NCBI RefSeq assembly: GCF_004010195.1
Contig: NC_057752.1
Location: 10,138,247 to 10,202,246 of the forward strand
DNA from: Chiloscyllium plagiosum
Lineage: Eukaryota
Direction of reading: 5' to 3'
DNA: 64,000 bases
The translations under genes were made by a program, and so were the position numbers. This document shows, piece by piece, positions 23,731 to 37,008 of the stretch (positions are counted from its first letter, which is position 1; the number at the start of each line of letters is the position of its first letter). The notes under the pieces are model-generated. The model had not been told where the DNA came from. It did no database searches and saw nothing but the letters and a program-made list of their open reading frames with translations.

Positions 23731-25249
23731 CTTTAGCCCAAAATACATTCATATTCAAATATCCATACTTGGTACAACTCTATTTAAAATTCCCTGATCT
23801 TTTGTGCTGCTTGACCGAGATTGTACTGTTATCCTGATAGAAACTCCAGGCCTGAAATTGGATTCCTGGTGCTTTTTTATGCTTGAAGTGGGAATGTGTC
23901 TGTTGAGAGCTATTTAATACAAATGACTGTTTCAAGGGTTTTCCTAATACTTTGGTAGGCACATGCAGTGTCTGGTATGTTCGCATATTAGATAAAGCCG
24001 AGGCCACACGAAGGCCTGGATGGTTCCATAATGTCACAGTGACAACAAATGTGTATTACTGGGGAGTTAATCACAATTTGTTTGAATGGTGTAAACTGGC
24101 ATCAGGAAAAGTGAAAAAATGTTAGCAATAGGGAAACAAACAGGGCAATGAGATGAGAAAGGGGCACTGGGAATCATTCTTGGATTGCTGTATCAAAGGT
24201 GCTGCTGCAAACACAAAACACTCCACGTTCTCCACTGGTGTAAATCTCAATTGTTTCTGTTTCTATTTAGTCTTTTTCTTGTGTCCAGCTCACAATGTCC
24301 AGATATGGTGAGGAGTGAGCCCAGTAATCCCTCTGGATGACTTGTAACCTTGCCCTAGATAACTTCTATCCTGTGCATGGAACATCCATGCCTTTTACAT
24401 TGAACTTCATTTGCAGTTGAGCATCCCAAGTTCAAAGCCCGTCATGTTCTCTTTGTAAAATCTTGTGTGCATCTTCTGAGTTTATGCACATCTTTTGTCA
24501 TTTGGAAATGTAACTAGTGTTGCGACTGCAGACCAGACTATTTCTGTATGTCAGAAACTGGAAGGTAGGAATTTCCTCATGCGTGTTTCTGACTGGAGTT
24601 CCTGTTGCACTGTGATAAAATTACACTGATAGTACTGGGCATCTTCCAGCTCTACCTCACCACCATCTCTCTTGACTGAATTGTTGCAAAATTGTGATAC
24701 TGCTTATTCAACTTCCAGTACTACAATTTCCTCCAATTAACTATTGGAAAGACTGAGCCATTGTGTCTGGTTCCAGTTCCTCTGACATGCAGATCAGATG
24801 GGAGTTTAGTCTGACCACTACCTCCCTCAGTGTAAAACATTTGTTTGACCTGAAGCTACCAAAGGCGTTTAAAGCATATCCCTCTTGTAAAATACCCAGT
24901 TCTCTGTTCAAAAAGTGATAAAGGGTAACATGCGTCAATGAGAAAGGATCTTGGCTCAGACTCAGGAAGAAGAGATTAGGAATGCGAAAGCCAGAAAATA
25001 CTGGTGGAAGTAGTTCATAAACCATAACCCCCACCCCGAGACAGAAGTTATATTGTCGGATAGGAAGTTAAGCAAGAAATAATTGGAGTTTATTTGGAGA
25101 AAAAAATGACAAAATAATTGTCCGGGCCTTCATTATTCTGATAGAATGGACAGCTCAAATTGGCAGAGGTGATCTGGGAGATGAATGTCGAATGCTTTTG
25201 TGACCATTTACCAGAGCATTATATTGTGGAACCTGCTGGGGCTGAAGCT

Positions 25250-26200
25250 ATAGACAATAGGTGCAGGAGTAGGCCATTCAGCCCTTCGAGCCTGGACCGC
25301 CATTCAATATGATCATGGCTGATCATTCCTAATCAGTATCCTGTTCCTGCCTTATCTCCATAACCCTTGATTCCACTATCTTTGAGAGCTCTATCCAACT
25401 CTTTCTTAAATGAATCCAGAGACTGGGCCTCCACTGCCCTCTGGGGCAGAGCATTCCACACAGCCACACCTACGCTGCACTCCCTCAATAGCCAGAATGT
25501 CTTTCCTCAAATTTGGAGACCAGAACTGCACACAGTACTGCAGGTGTGGTCTCACCAGGGCCCTGTACAGCTGCAGAAGCACCTCTTTGCTTCTATACTC
25601 AATTCCTCTTGTTATGAAGGCCAGCATGCTATTAGCCTTCTTCACTACCTGCTGTACCTGCATGCTTGCCTTCATTGACTGGTGTACAAGAACACCCAGA
25701 TCTCTCTGTACTGCCTATATTAACATACCCGTAAAGAAAATAGGAGCAGGAGCAGGAGTAGGCCGGCCGTTCATTCCTTCAAGCCTGCTCCACCTTAATT
25801 TATCATTATGACTGATGATCCAACTTAATAGCCTGTTCCTGCTTTTTCTCTATATCCTTTGTTCCCTTTAGTCCCAAGTGCAATATCCAACTCCTCCTTG
25901 AATTTGTACAATGTTTTGGCCTAGACTGCTTTCTGTGGTAGCACACGTTTTTAGAACCCTACATACTTCTTCCGACTCCACACACTGTGATCCTTAATGG
26001 TCCTACTCTTTCCCTAATTATCCTTTTACCCTTAATATAACTTGGGACATAACAAATAAAATAAAGGAAAGTCCTTTCATGCCCTGTTTTTGCTCCCATA
26101 ATGACCTTTTTTTAAGTTTCCCTTTATGCATTCTATACTCCCCTAGGGTTTCTGCTGTTTTGAGCACTCTGTATCTGTGATAAGCCTGCCTTGTTCTCTT
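25250..26200 (-). mobile_element. Cluster of CR1 LINE fragments
   Basis: ORF 25406-25675 LQLYRALVRPHLQYCVQFWSP; CR1 3' tails at 25250 and 25740. Confidence 0.8.
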
Positions 26201-26211
26201 TATCTAATACT

Positions 26212-27890
26212 GTATAAGACAGAGGAGCAGAAATTAAACCATTTGGCCCATCGAGTCTGCTCTCCCATTCAATCAATGTCATTATCCCGTTCTTTCCCCC
26301 CTCCCCCACCCCGTGACCTTTGATCCCCGTGGCATTCAAGAACCTATCTATCTCAGTCTTAAATATACTCAGTGACCTGGCCTCCACCACCTTCTGTGGC
26401 AATGAATTCCATAGATTCACAATCCTGTGGCTGAAGACGTTTCTCCTTATCTCCATTCTGAAGGGTCTTCCTTTTACTCTAAGGCTGTGCCCTTCGGTCC
26501 ATGTCTCTCCTGTCAATGGAAACAGCTTCCCAACGTCCACTCTGTCCGGGCCATTCAGTATTCTGTATGTTTCAATTTAGATCCCCCCTCATCCTTCTAA
26601 ACTCCATTGAGTATAGTCCCAGAGTCCTCAAACGTTCCTCATATGTTAAGCCTTTCATTCCTGGGATCATTCTTGCGAACCTCCTCTGAACACACTCCAG
26701 GGCCAGGATATCCTTCCTGAGGTATCGGGCCCAAACTTGCTCAAAATACTCTAAATGTAGTCTGACCAGAGCTTTATAAAGCCTGCGAAGTACATCCCTG
26801 CTTTTATATTCTAGTCCTTTCAAGATGAATGACAACATTGTATTTGCCTTCCTAACTAATGACTCAACCTGCAAATTTACTTGAAAAGAAACCTGGACTA
26901 GGACTCCCAAGTCCCTTTGCACTTCAGACTTCTGAATTTTCTCCCCATTTAGAAAGTGGGCCATGCCTCTATTCTTCCTATCTAAATGCATGACCTCACA
27001 CTTTCTCACATTGTATTTCATCTGCCACTTCTTTGCCCACTTTCTGAACCTGTCCAAATCCTTCTGCAGCCTCCCCACCTCCTCAATACTACCTGTCCCT
27101 CTCCCTATCTTTGTATCATCTGCAAACTTAACCCCCAGTCTCTTCATCCAGATCATTAATGTATAAAGTGAAAAGTTGTGGTCCCGACACTGACCCTTGT
27201 AGAACACCACTAGTCATTGGCTTCCATCCTGAGAAGGACTCTTTTATCCCATTCTCTGCTTTCTGCCAGACAGCCAAACTTCTATCCATTGCTAATACCT
27301 TGCTTATAACGTCATGGGCCCTTATCTTATTCAGCAGCCTCCTGTGCGCCACCTTGTCAAAGGCCTTCTGGACTTCAAGGTAGGTAACATCCATCGGCTT
27401 TCCTTGATCTAACCTGCTTGTTACCACCTCAAAGAATTCAAACAGATTTGTCAAGCATGACCTCCCCTTGATGAAACTATTTGACTTTGCCCTATTTTAA
27501 CCATGCACCTCAAAGTATCCTGAAATCTCATCCTTCACGATGGACTCCAGAATCTTACCAATGACTGAGGTCAGGCTAATCAGCTTATAATTTCCCGTCT
27601 TTTGCCTTACTCTCTTCTTAAACAGGGAGGTTACTTCAGTGATTTTTCCAGTCCTCTGGGACTGTCCCTGACTCAGTGATTCCTGAAAGATCGCTACGAA
27701 AGCCTCAACTATCTTGTCAGCTATCTCCTTCCAAAGTCTGGAGTATAGTCCATCTGGTCTTAGTGATTTATCTACTTTCAGACCTTTCAGTTTATAAAGC
27801 ACCTTCTCGTTGGTGATGGCCACCATACTCATCTCTGCCCCCCACCCCACTCTCTTGAATATTTGGGATATTACTCCACAATGTCCAGGG
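26212..27890 (-). mobile_element. CR1 LINE ORF2 RT to 3' end
   Basis: ORFs 27497-27913, 27128-27454, 26572-27210 and 26133-26540 tile CR1 ORF2. Confidence 0.9.
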
Positions 27891-28059
27891 TCTGCTGGAT
27901 TTGTTGGTCCCACCCTTGTCTTTATTGGAACATGTTGGCCCTGTCCTCTCCCTACTTCATTCTTGAATGCATCCCACTGCTCTGACTCAGATTTACATAA
28001 ATTGTGTGCTCCTGTACCACTCTGGCCAAATCAGACCTGATCTTTTTAAGATTGGCTTT

Positions 28060-28382
28060 TCATAGAATCACAGAATCCGTACCGTGCAGCAAGAGACCGT
28101 TCAGCCCATTTGAATCTGCACTGATCCTCCGAATAGCATCCCACCCAGATCCCCATAACCCCATATTTACCGTGGCTCATCTACCTAACCTGCACATCCC
28201 TGAATGCTATGGAGCAATTTTCCATGTCCAGTTCACCTAACTTGTACATCTTTGGACTGTGGGAGGTGACCAGAGCACCCAGTGGAAACCCATGCATGGG
28301 TAGAACGTGCAAACTCCACGCAGACAGTCACCCAAGGGTGAAATCAAACCTGGAACCCTGGCACTGTGATGCAACAATGCGA
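28060..28382 (-). mobile_element. Older HE1-like V-SINE
   Basis: Diverged V-domain (acatctttggactgtgggagg...acgtgcaaactccacgcagacagtcacc). Confidence 0.75.
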
Positions 28383-28632
28383 GACATCTAGAAATCTGAT
28401 TTCAGGCCCATCCTTGAATTTTCTATAGCTGTCTTGAAACTAAAAGAGTTATGACTGTTGTCTGCAAAGTGCTCCCCCACTGATACTTCGACCACTTGCC
28501 TGGCTTCATTACCTCAAATTAGGTCCAAGACCATCCCCACTGTAATTGGGCCTTCTGCGCACTGGCTTAAAAAGCTCTCCTGGATGCAGTTTAAAGTCTA
28601 AGCTTTTCACACTATGACTAACTCAGTTAATG

Positions 28633-29727
28633 AGTTTTGAGAAGATTTGTAGCTCAGGCTGAGGTTCTGGATGTAGGTTTGCTCGCTGAGCTGGAAGGTT
28701 CATTTCCAGAAGTTTCGTCATCTGTTAGGTAACCTCTTCAGTGGGCCTCCGGGCGAAGCAAACCCAAACAAGCAGACAAAACGCGTCCAGAAACCTTAGC
28801 CACTCTCCCCTACATCAAAGACATCTCGGAAATGACTGCCAGACTACTCAGACCCCTTGGCATCATGGTAGCCCACAAACCCACTAAAACAGCAGCTAAT
28901 GAACTTGAAAGACCCTATACAGACAACAAGCAAAACTAATGTCATTTACAAAATACCATGCAAGGACTGTAACAAACACTGCATTGGACAAACAGGCAGA
29001 AAACTAGCCACCAGGATACATGAACATCAACTAGCTACAAAACGACATGACCCACTCTCACTAGTATCCTTACATACGGATAAGGAAGGACACCACTTTG
29101 ACTGGGACAACACATCCATCCGAGAACAAGCCAAACAGAGATACGCACGAGAATTCCTAGAAGCATGGCATTCCAACTGGAACTCTATCAACAAACACAT
29201 CAAGTTAGACGCCATCTACCATCGCCTGAGAAAAGAACAGGAAATGACATCACCACAGGAAATGCCGTCACAACAGGAAATGACATAACCAACCCAAAGA
29301 GACCCAAGCTTCTAAATAGAAAGATTAGATTAGATTAGATTACTTAGATTACTTACAGTGTGGAAACAGGCCCTTTGGCCCAACAAGTCCACACAAACCC
29401 GCCGAAGCGCAACCCCCCCATTCCCCTACATTTACCCCTTTACCTAACACTACGGGCAATTTAGCATGGCCAATTCACCTGAATTGCACATTTTTGGACT
29501 GTGGGAGGAAACCGGAGCACCCGGAGGAAACCCACGCAGACACGGGGAGAATGTGCAAACTCCACACAGTCAGCTGCCTGAGTCGGGAATTGAACCCGGG
29601 TCTCTGGCGCTGTGAGGCAGGAATGATCAACAGTGCTTTGCCCGGAGGCCCACTGAAGATGTTACCTAGTAGGGTGATGAAACGTCTGGAAATGAACCTT
29701 CCAGTTCAGCGAGCAAACCTACATCCA
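28633..29727 (+). mobile_element. 5'-truncated Penelope (Poseidon-like) element with GIY-YIG endonuclease, inverted 5' pLTR and nested HE1 SINE (~29323-29619, -)
   Basis: ORF 28899-29288 NVIYKIPCKDCNKHCIGQTGRKLATRIHEH...REFLEAW; 28667-28760 is an inverted copy of 29635-29727; TSD taactcagttaatg / taactcaattaatg (28619-28632 / 29728-29741). Confidence 0.9.
29650..29689 (+). ncRNA. Minimal hammerhead ribozyme motif (Penelope family B); inverted copy at ~28706-28744
   Basis: CCA-CTGAAGA-t-GTTACC(tagtag)GGTGAT-GAAACGTC-TGG; stem I CCA/TGG. Confidence 0.7.
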
Positions 29728-30341
29728 TAACTCAATTAATGTTGCAGAAGTTTAAATCCCCCACTGTCACTATTACTTTTACACTTCTCTGTTGGGTGAC
29801 ATTCTGAAAGTGGAGTGAGGCAGCCTGTTGTCGGCAAAGATGTGGAGTAGCAGTTTCCATTTAGGGTCCGATGTGATGCCAAGGTTGTGTAGAGGAGTGT
29901 GGTTTAGTCTCCGATCTTGGATAGAGTGGATGGCCTGGGAACAATGTTGGTGGCAGGAAATGATGACAATGACTTGATTTAGGTGGAGCAAATTTCCACT
30001 CATTCAGTACTGCGTACATCAAACCCAGCCTCAGACACACTCAGTAGCACTTGGCAATTGTAAACCTGGCTGATTAGTTTTCCTATTAACTCGACTTTAA
30101 CTGAGTCCTATATATCCTCAATTGCATCAACAGAATACCTCCAAATTTAAGTAGGAACTATTGGTTTGCAAACTTTTTAAAAGCATCTTAAGTCTCTGCT
30201 TTAATCCATTACAAGGATGCAGCAGCATGCCTCGACTGAGATTCCGTCCAAGATGAGCTTGGAGAGGCAGTGCAGTAAGCAAGATCAGGTTGCTATTTTC
30301 AACATCTCTACTCTCTCCTGTTAAGCATTAAATAACCAGAT

Positions 30342-30985
30342 TCATAGAGTTTACAGCACAGAAATAGACCCTTCGGTCCAACTTGTCCATGCCGACCAGT
30401 TATCCTAACCTAATCTTGTCCTATTTGCCAGCATTTGGCCCATATTCCTCTAACTCCTTCTGGTCTCCTCTCTATCGGAAAGATGTTGTGAAACTTGAAA
30501 AGGTTCAGAAAAGATTTACAAGGATGTTGCCAGGGTTGGAGGATCTGAGCTACAGGGAGAGGCTGAACAGGCTGGGGCTGTTTTCCCTGGAGCGTCGGAA
30601 GCTGAGGGATGACCTTATTGAGGTTTGTAAAATCATGAGGGGCATGGATAGGATAAATAGACAAAGTCTTTTCCCTGGGGTGAGGGAGTCCAGAACTAGA
30701 GGGTATAGGTTTAGGGTGAGAGGGGAAAGATATAAAAGAGACCAGAGGGGCAACTTTTTCACACAGAGGGTGGTGCATGTGTGGAATGAGCTGCTAGAGG
30801 AAGTGGTGGAGGCCGGTACAATACAACATTTAAAAGGCATCTGGATGGGTATATGAATAGGAAGGGTTTGGAGGGATGTGGACCAGGTGCTGGCAGGTGG
30901 GACTTGATTGGGTTGGAATAGCTAGTTAGCATGGACGGGTTGGACCGAAGGGTCTGTTTCTGTGCTGTACATCTCTATGACTCTG
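30342..30985 (+). mobile_element. CR1 3' end (+, ~30457-30985) directly preceded by a minus-strand CR1 tail (~30342-30460)
   Basis: ORF 30383-30856 is CR1 C-terminus from FWSPLYRKD onward; the upstream part is a reverse-complement CR1 3'UTR. Confidence 0.85.
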
Positions 30986-31733
30986 TTACTGTATATGAAT
31001 TCAGATGCCTTTTAAATGTTATAATTGTTTTTATTGTTTTCCATTGTTCTTGATGTTTTGACTGCTGCACCACATTGCTGAGTAGTTGGATAATGCTTGG
31101 TTTTTCTGTAGGCTTACTGCTTCACTGGGAGACAATGCCCCAAACAAATTGTTGTCAGATGAAACCTTGATATTGGAAATTTGCATTATGCTGTTGCCTA
31201 AATTCATGACAAGTTGAATGAGGTCTTTGTTAATTGTTATATATTGAATTTTATATTGTGTATTATTTCTGATTTATGTGGGAAGAAAAAGGATGTGCAC
31301 TTCCTGTAGTGTTGGGAAATCTCTTGTCCTGATCCCTGATACACCTTCCACTGAGACATTTGAACAGGAAGTCTGTGCTATTGATGTTACCATTATCTGC
31401 CCACACCTCCCTGGAACCGGCAGTAGTGCATCCATTGTTGCTGTCTCTTCCTTGTCGTCCCACTGGCCACTCTCCTTGCTGTCGGCTGTATCCTTTGCTG
31501 GTTGCCTCTCTTACTGCCTGGAGGGAGATGGCTCTGAATTTCTCTGTGTCAATAGTTTTGTAATTCATTTCAGGGGCGCCAGGCTACTGCATGAAATAAA
31601 CTTTAAATATGAAGCTACTGCATAAATCCTGCAGCACTGCTCAAAGTGACGTTGCAGGCACTCTGACTGCATGAGCTGAATGTGCCCCCTACTGTTTCCA
31701 GGGCAGATTAGAATCAATCTAAACATCAGGTCA

Positions 31734-32100
31734 TAGACAGAGAACACAGGGGGCTAACACCTTCAACATATTGTCTAGCTATCACCATTGTTAACAGCTA
31801 ACCCGAGAATGCAACTTTAAAAAAAAGGGTTTTGTGATTTACACATGAAAGAAGTGAAACTATCACTGTATTCTAACAGATGAAAGGCTTAACAATCAAT
31901 TTTTCAATGTATAATTTCAGTTACATCACACTGCAAATTTTTGCTATAAATTCTGTGTTATGATCGAGCCCTCCACAATCACCTGATGAAGGAGCATCGC
32001 TCCGAAAGCTAGTGTGCTTCCAATTAAACCTGTTGGACTATAACCTGGTGTTGTGTGATTTTTAACTTTGTACACCCCAGTCCAACACCGGCATCTCCAA
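31734..32100 (+). mobile_element. Penelope family C pLTR/3' remnant
   Basis: Homologous to 38000-38320 (gctataaattctgtg...aaacctgttggactataacctggtgttgtgtgattt). Confidence 0.8.
31980..32014 (+). ncRNA. Minimal hammerhead ribozyme motif (Penelope family C)
   Basis: CAC-CTGATGA-a-GGAGC(atc)GCTCC-GAAAGCTA-GTG; palindromic AGCT stem III. Confidence 0.75.
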
Positions 32101-33559
32101 ATCAGGGCAGCAAATGCAGCCTTTCCTCCTTTTCTGTCCTGGAGGTGCTGAGTCAGAAGGATTACTGTTCCAGAGTTGCCAGCAGCCCTCTGGTATCTTA
32201 CTGATGTGGCTAATGATTGTGTAATTATTGCGTGAGCACTCAGCAAGCTTATTGGACTGAAGTATGTATCTTAGCAACATTCCCACAAACTCCCTTCTGA
32301 GCAAGGCCATTGTGTAACAATCCAGAGTGGGAAGCCTGGTTGATTTGGTTCATTATGTTTCACTACAGTGAGAGTGAGTGGGAAATAATTGGCTTTGCTG
32401 ATATTATGTAGTGATATAAGAAAACAGAAATAGATGGGTCTGTTTGGAATTCTGTGCAGTGCATGTTATAACATCAAGATGATTTGTGTGCAGAGCTTTC
32501 AGTATCTTCTGAAAAATGAAATGAGGTATCAAAAATATTGCTACAGTGAGAATGATTTCATGCATTGGAGTTCTAGAGTGAGTGGTTGCGTTCATTGGAA
32601 TTCAGTGTGGTGGAAACTCCATCCATTTCCTCAGAGATCTTCTTGTTCCTGTCCACCCCTATCTCTGCTTTATTCTCAGTGCCCACCACCTCAATGACTT
32701 TACTGCCTTTGTGTCCTTCCTCAACCATACATTTTATATCAATGTTCCATCCCAACTCCCCAACTCTTGCAGCCTCTCTATTTGAAGTCTGGATTGCCTT
32801 TGATCATTTACTTCATTACTTCTGTGACTCCTTTTCCATTCCAATTTTCCTGCTCCCTCCAACCCCATTACCATCGCCAGCAGTCTGCAGAATAAAATCT
32901 TCCAGAGCTCCTCCACGAATGTAATCTCATTCTCAAACTCCTAACTTTCTTGTTTCTAGCCCTCCCACTGGCCTGGCCCCTTTGCCTCCTTCCTTCCCAG
33001 AAAATTAATCACTGTCTTGCATTCCTTTATAGTCCAGATTTTCACCCTTTCAGATCAAAGGGGAGCAGATGAACTTGCTTGCTGCAAAACCGGACTTCTC
33101 ATCAGTCACCAGAATTGGCACGAATCTGCTTTTTCCCTTCTTGCCTGCCCCCCCTAACTCTGTTGACTCTTAGTGGGCTACTGTTTCTTGGTTAATGGTG
33201 TTTAGTTTGACAGGCGCCAATGGTTTCTAGGTGCAATTGCTTGGCGCCAGCTTTTGCTTTGGTTGCAGTTCACCTGGCATCGGCTCAGTGGAGTATAGTT
33301 CCTCTGGCACTGAGTTGCAGAAATGTATGGGTCCAATAGGGTTGACTTGAAGGAGCATACAGGTGTGGCATTGTCCCTCATTGGTGTCTAATTTCTGTGC
33401 ACTCTCCTTCACTAGGATAGAATTTCCCCTGCGTTGACCCATATTGGCACACAGTTTCGTTTGGCACTAACTAGCACTGACTTTCACCTGATGCTGAAAG
33501 CCATTAAATACGTTGCGAGACTTTTTCAGGAACACATGTGAAATGGAGGTATCTAATAT

Positions 33560-34550
33560 ACTTATTTGGAAAGGCAGGAACTGATTGGGGATAGTCAACA
33601 TGGCTTTGTCTGTGGGAAATCATGTCTTGCAAACTTGATTGAGTTTTTTGAAAAAGAAACAAAGAGGATTGATGAGGGCAGAGCGGTAGATGTGATCTGT
33701 GTGGACTTCAGTAAGGCGTTCGACAAGGTTCCCCATGGGAGATTGGTTAGCAAAGTTAGATCTCATGGAATACAGGGAGGACTAGCCATTTGGATACAGA
33801 ACTGGCTCAAAGGTAGAAGACAGCATGGTGGTGGAGGGTTGTTTTTCAGACTGGAGACCTATGACCAGTGGAGTGCCACAAGGATTAGTGCTGGGTCCAC
33901 TGCTTTTTTGTCATTTATATAAATGATTTGGATATGAACACAGGAGGTATAGATAGTAAGTTTCCAGATGACACCAAAATTGGAGGTGTAGTGCACAGCA
34001 AAGAAAGTTACTGCAGAATACAATGGGATCTTGATCAGATGGGCCAATGGGCTGAGAAGTGGCAGATGGAGTTTAATTTAGATAAATGTGAGGTGCTGTA
34101 TTTTGGGAAAGCAAATCTTAGCAGGACTTATACACTTATTGGTAAGGTCCTAGGGAGTGTTGCTGAACAAAGAGACCTTGGAGTGCAGGTTCATATCTCC
34201 TTGAAAGTGGAGTCGTAGGTAGGTATGGATCAGGTAAATAGACAAAGTCTCTTCCCTGGAATGGGGGAGTCCAGAACTAGAGGGCATAGGTTTAGGGTGA
34301 GAGGGAAAGATATAAAAGAGGATGGTGCAGAGGATGGTGTGTGTTTGGAATGAGCTGCCAGAGGAAGTGGTGGAGGCTGGTACAATTGCAACATTTCAAA
34401 GGCATTTGGATGGGTATATGAATAGGAAGGGTTTGGAGGGATATGGGCCGGGTGCGAGCAGGAGGGACTAGATTGGGTTGGGATATCTGGTCAGCGTGGG
34501 CAAGTTGGACCGAAGGGTCTGTTTCCGTGCTGTACGTCTCTAGGACTCTA
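33560..34550 (+). mobile_element. CR1 LINE RT and 3' end with deletions
   Basis: ORFs 33566-33922 and 33928-34218; same subfamily as 3225-4505. Confidence 0.9.
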
Positions 34551-34603
34551 TAAGAGACATTCCAACAACTCCTCTACCCAACACTTCAAGTACCACCAGC
34601 CCC

Positions 34604-35015
34604 ACATAGTCATACAGCACAGAAACAGACCCTTTGGACCAACTCGTCCGTGCTGACCATAATCCCAAATTAAACCAGTCCCATTTGTCTGCATTTGGCC
34701 CATATCCCTTTAAACATTTCATATGCATCTGCCTATCCAAATGTCTTATAAATGTTGTAACTGTACCTGCACCTACCACTTCATCTGGCGGTTCATTCCA
34801 CCTACGAACCACCCTCTCTGGAAAAAGTTGCTCTTCAGGTCCCTCTTAAATCTTTCTCCTCTCACCTTTAAAAATATGCCCCCTAGTTTTGAACTTCCCC
34901 CACCCTAGGGGATAGACCTTTGCTGTTCCCCTTATCTAAGCCCCTCATGACTTTATAAATCTCTATAAAGGTTAACCCTCAACCTGCTATTCTCCAGTGA
35001 AAAATATCCCAGCCT
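34604..35015 (-). mobile_element. CR1 LINE 3' end
   Basis: ORF 34540-34812 VRRWNEPPDEVVGAGTVTTF...GYGPNADKWD. Confidence 0.85.
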
Positions 35016-37008
35016 ATTTTGATGACTCAAACCCTGGTTCAATGGAGAGTACAGGAGAGCAAGCCAGGAGTAGCATCAGGCATACCTGAAGAATGGGTGT
35101 CAACCTGGTGAAGCCACCAAACAGGACTAGTTGCATGCCAGACGGCATAATTAGCAAGTGATAGACAGAGCTAAGCGGTCCCATAACCAACGGATCAGAT
35201 CTAGCCTGTATAGTCCTGCCACATCCGGTCATGAATGGTGGTGGGTGATTAAACAACTCATTGGAGAAGGAGGCTCCACAAATATCCCCATCGTCAACGG
35301 TGGAAGAGCCCAACAAAAGATAAGGCTGAAGTTTTCGCAACAGTCTTCACCCAGAAGTACCAAGTGGATGATCCATCTCGGTCTCCTTCAGTGGTCCCCA
35401 GCATAACTGATACCAGTCTTCAGCCAATTCGGTTCACTCCACATGATATCAAGAAACGATTGGAGGCACTGGATACTGCAAAGGCTACAGGCCCTGAAAA
35501 CGTTTTGACAATAGCACTGAAGGTTTGTGCTCCAGAACATGCTGTTTCAATACAATTACAACACTGGCATCCACCCAACAATGTGGAAAATTGCCCATGT
35601 TCGTCCTGTACATAAAAAGCAGGACAAATCCAACTGAGCCAGTTACTGCCCTATCAGTCTACTCTCGGTCATCAGGAAATTGATGGAAGGTGTCACCAAC
35701 AGTGCTATCAAGCAGCACCTGCTCAGCAATAACCTGCTCAGTGACGCCCAGTTTGGGTCCCACCAGGGCCACTCAGCTCCTGACCTCATTACAGCCTTGG
35801 TTCAAACATGGACAAAAGAGCTGAATTCCAGAGGGGAGGGGAGAGGGACAGTCCTTGACATCAAGGCTGCATTCGACTGAGTGTGGCATTAAGGAGCCCT
35901 GGCAAAACTGGGATAAATTGGTTTTTGGGGTTGGAGTCATACCTGACATAAGGAAGATAGTCATGGTTGTTGGAGGTCAGTCAACTCAGCTCCAGGACTT
36001 CTTTGCAGGAGTTTCTCAGGGTAATGTCCGAGGCCAAACCATCTTCAGCTGCTTCATCAGTGACCTTTCCTCCATTGTAAGTTCAGAAGTGGAGATATTC
36101 ACTGATGATTGCACAACGTGCAGCACCATTTACGATTCCTCAGACACTGAAGCAGTCTGTGTCCAAATGCAACTAGATCCGGACAATATCCAGGCTTGGG
36201 CTGATAAGTGGCAAGTAACATTCGTGCCACACAAATGCCAGGCTATGACCATCACCAATAAGGGACAATCTAACCACTGCCCCATGACATTTAATGGTGT
36301 TACCATCACTGATTCCCCCACTAACAACATCCTGGGGGTTATCATTGATGAGAAACTCAACTGGACTCATCACATAAACACTGGCTACAAGAGCAGGTCA
36401 GAAGCTTGGAGTATTGAGGTGAGTAACTCACCTCATGACGCCTCAAAACCTGTCCACCATCTACAAGGCACAAAGTGGGCGGCACGGTGGCTCAGTGGTT
36501 AGCACTGCTGCCAGCCTCTGGCGACTGTCTGTGAAGTTTGCACATTCTCCCCGTGTCTGCGTGGGTTTCCTCCGGGTGCTCCGGTTTCTTTCCACAGTCC
36601 AAAGATGTGCAAGTCAGGTGAATTGGCCATGCTAAATTGCCCATATTGAGAGGTGCATTATTAGGGAGTAGGGGAATGGGTCTGGGTGGTTTACTCTTTG
36701 GAGGGTCGGTATGGACTTGTTGGGCCGAAGGGCCTGTTTCCACACTGTAGGGAATGTAATCTAAAAAAATCAGGAGTGTGATGGCATATTTCCTACTTGC
36801 TCTGGATGGGGGCAGCTCCAACAACAGTCAAGAAGCTTGACACCGTCCAGGACAAAGCAGCCGCTTGATTGGCACCACATCCACAAACATCCACTCCCTC
36901 CACCACTGACGCTCAGTAGCAGCTGTATGTACTATATAAGATGCACTGCAGCAATTCACCAAATCTCAGACAAAATCTTTCAAACCCACAACCACTTCCA
37001 TCGAGAAG

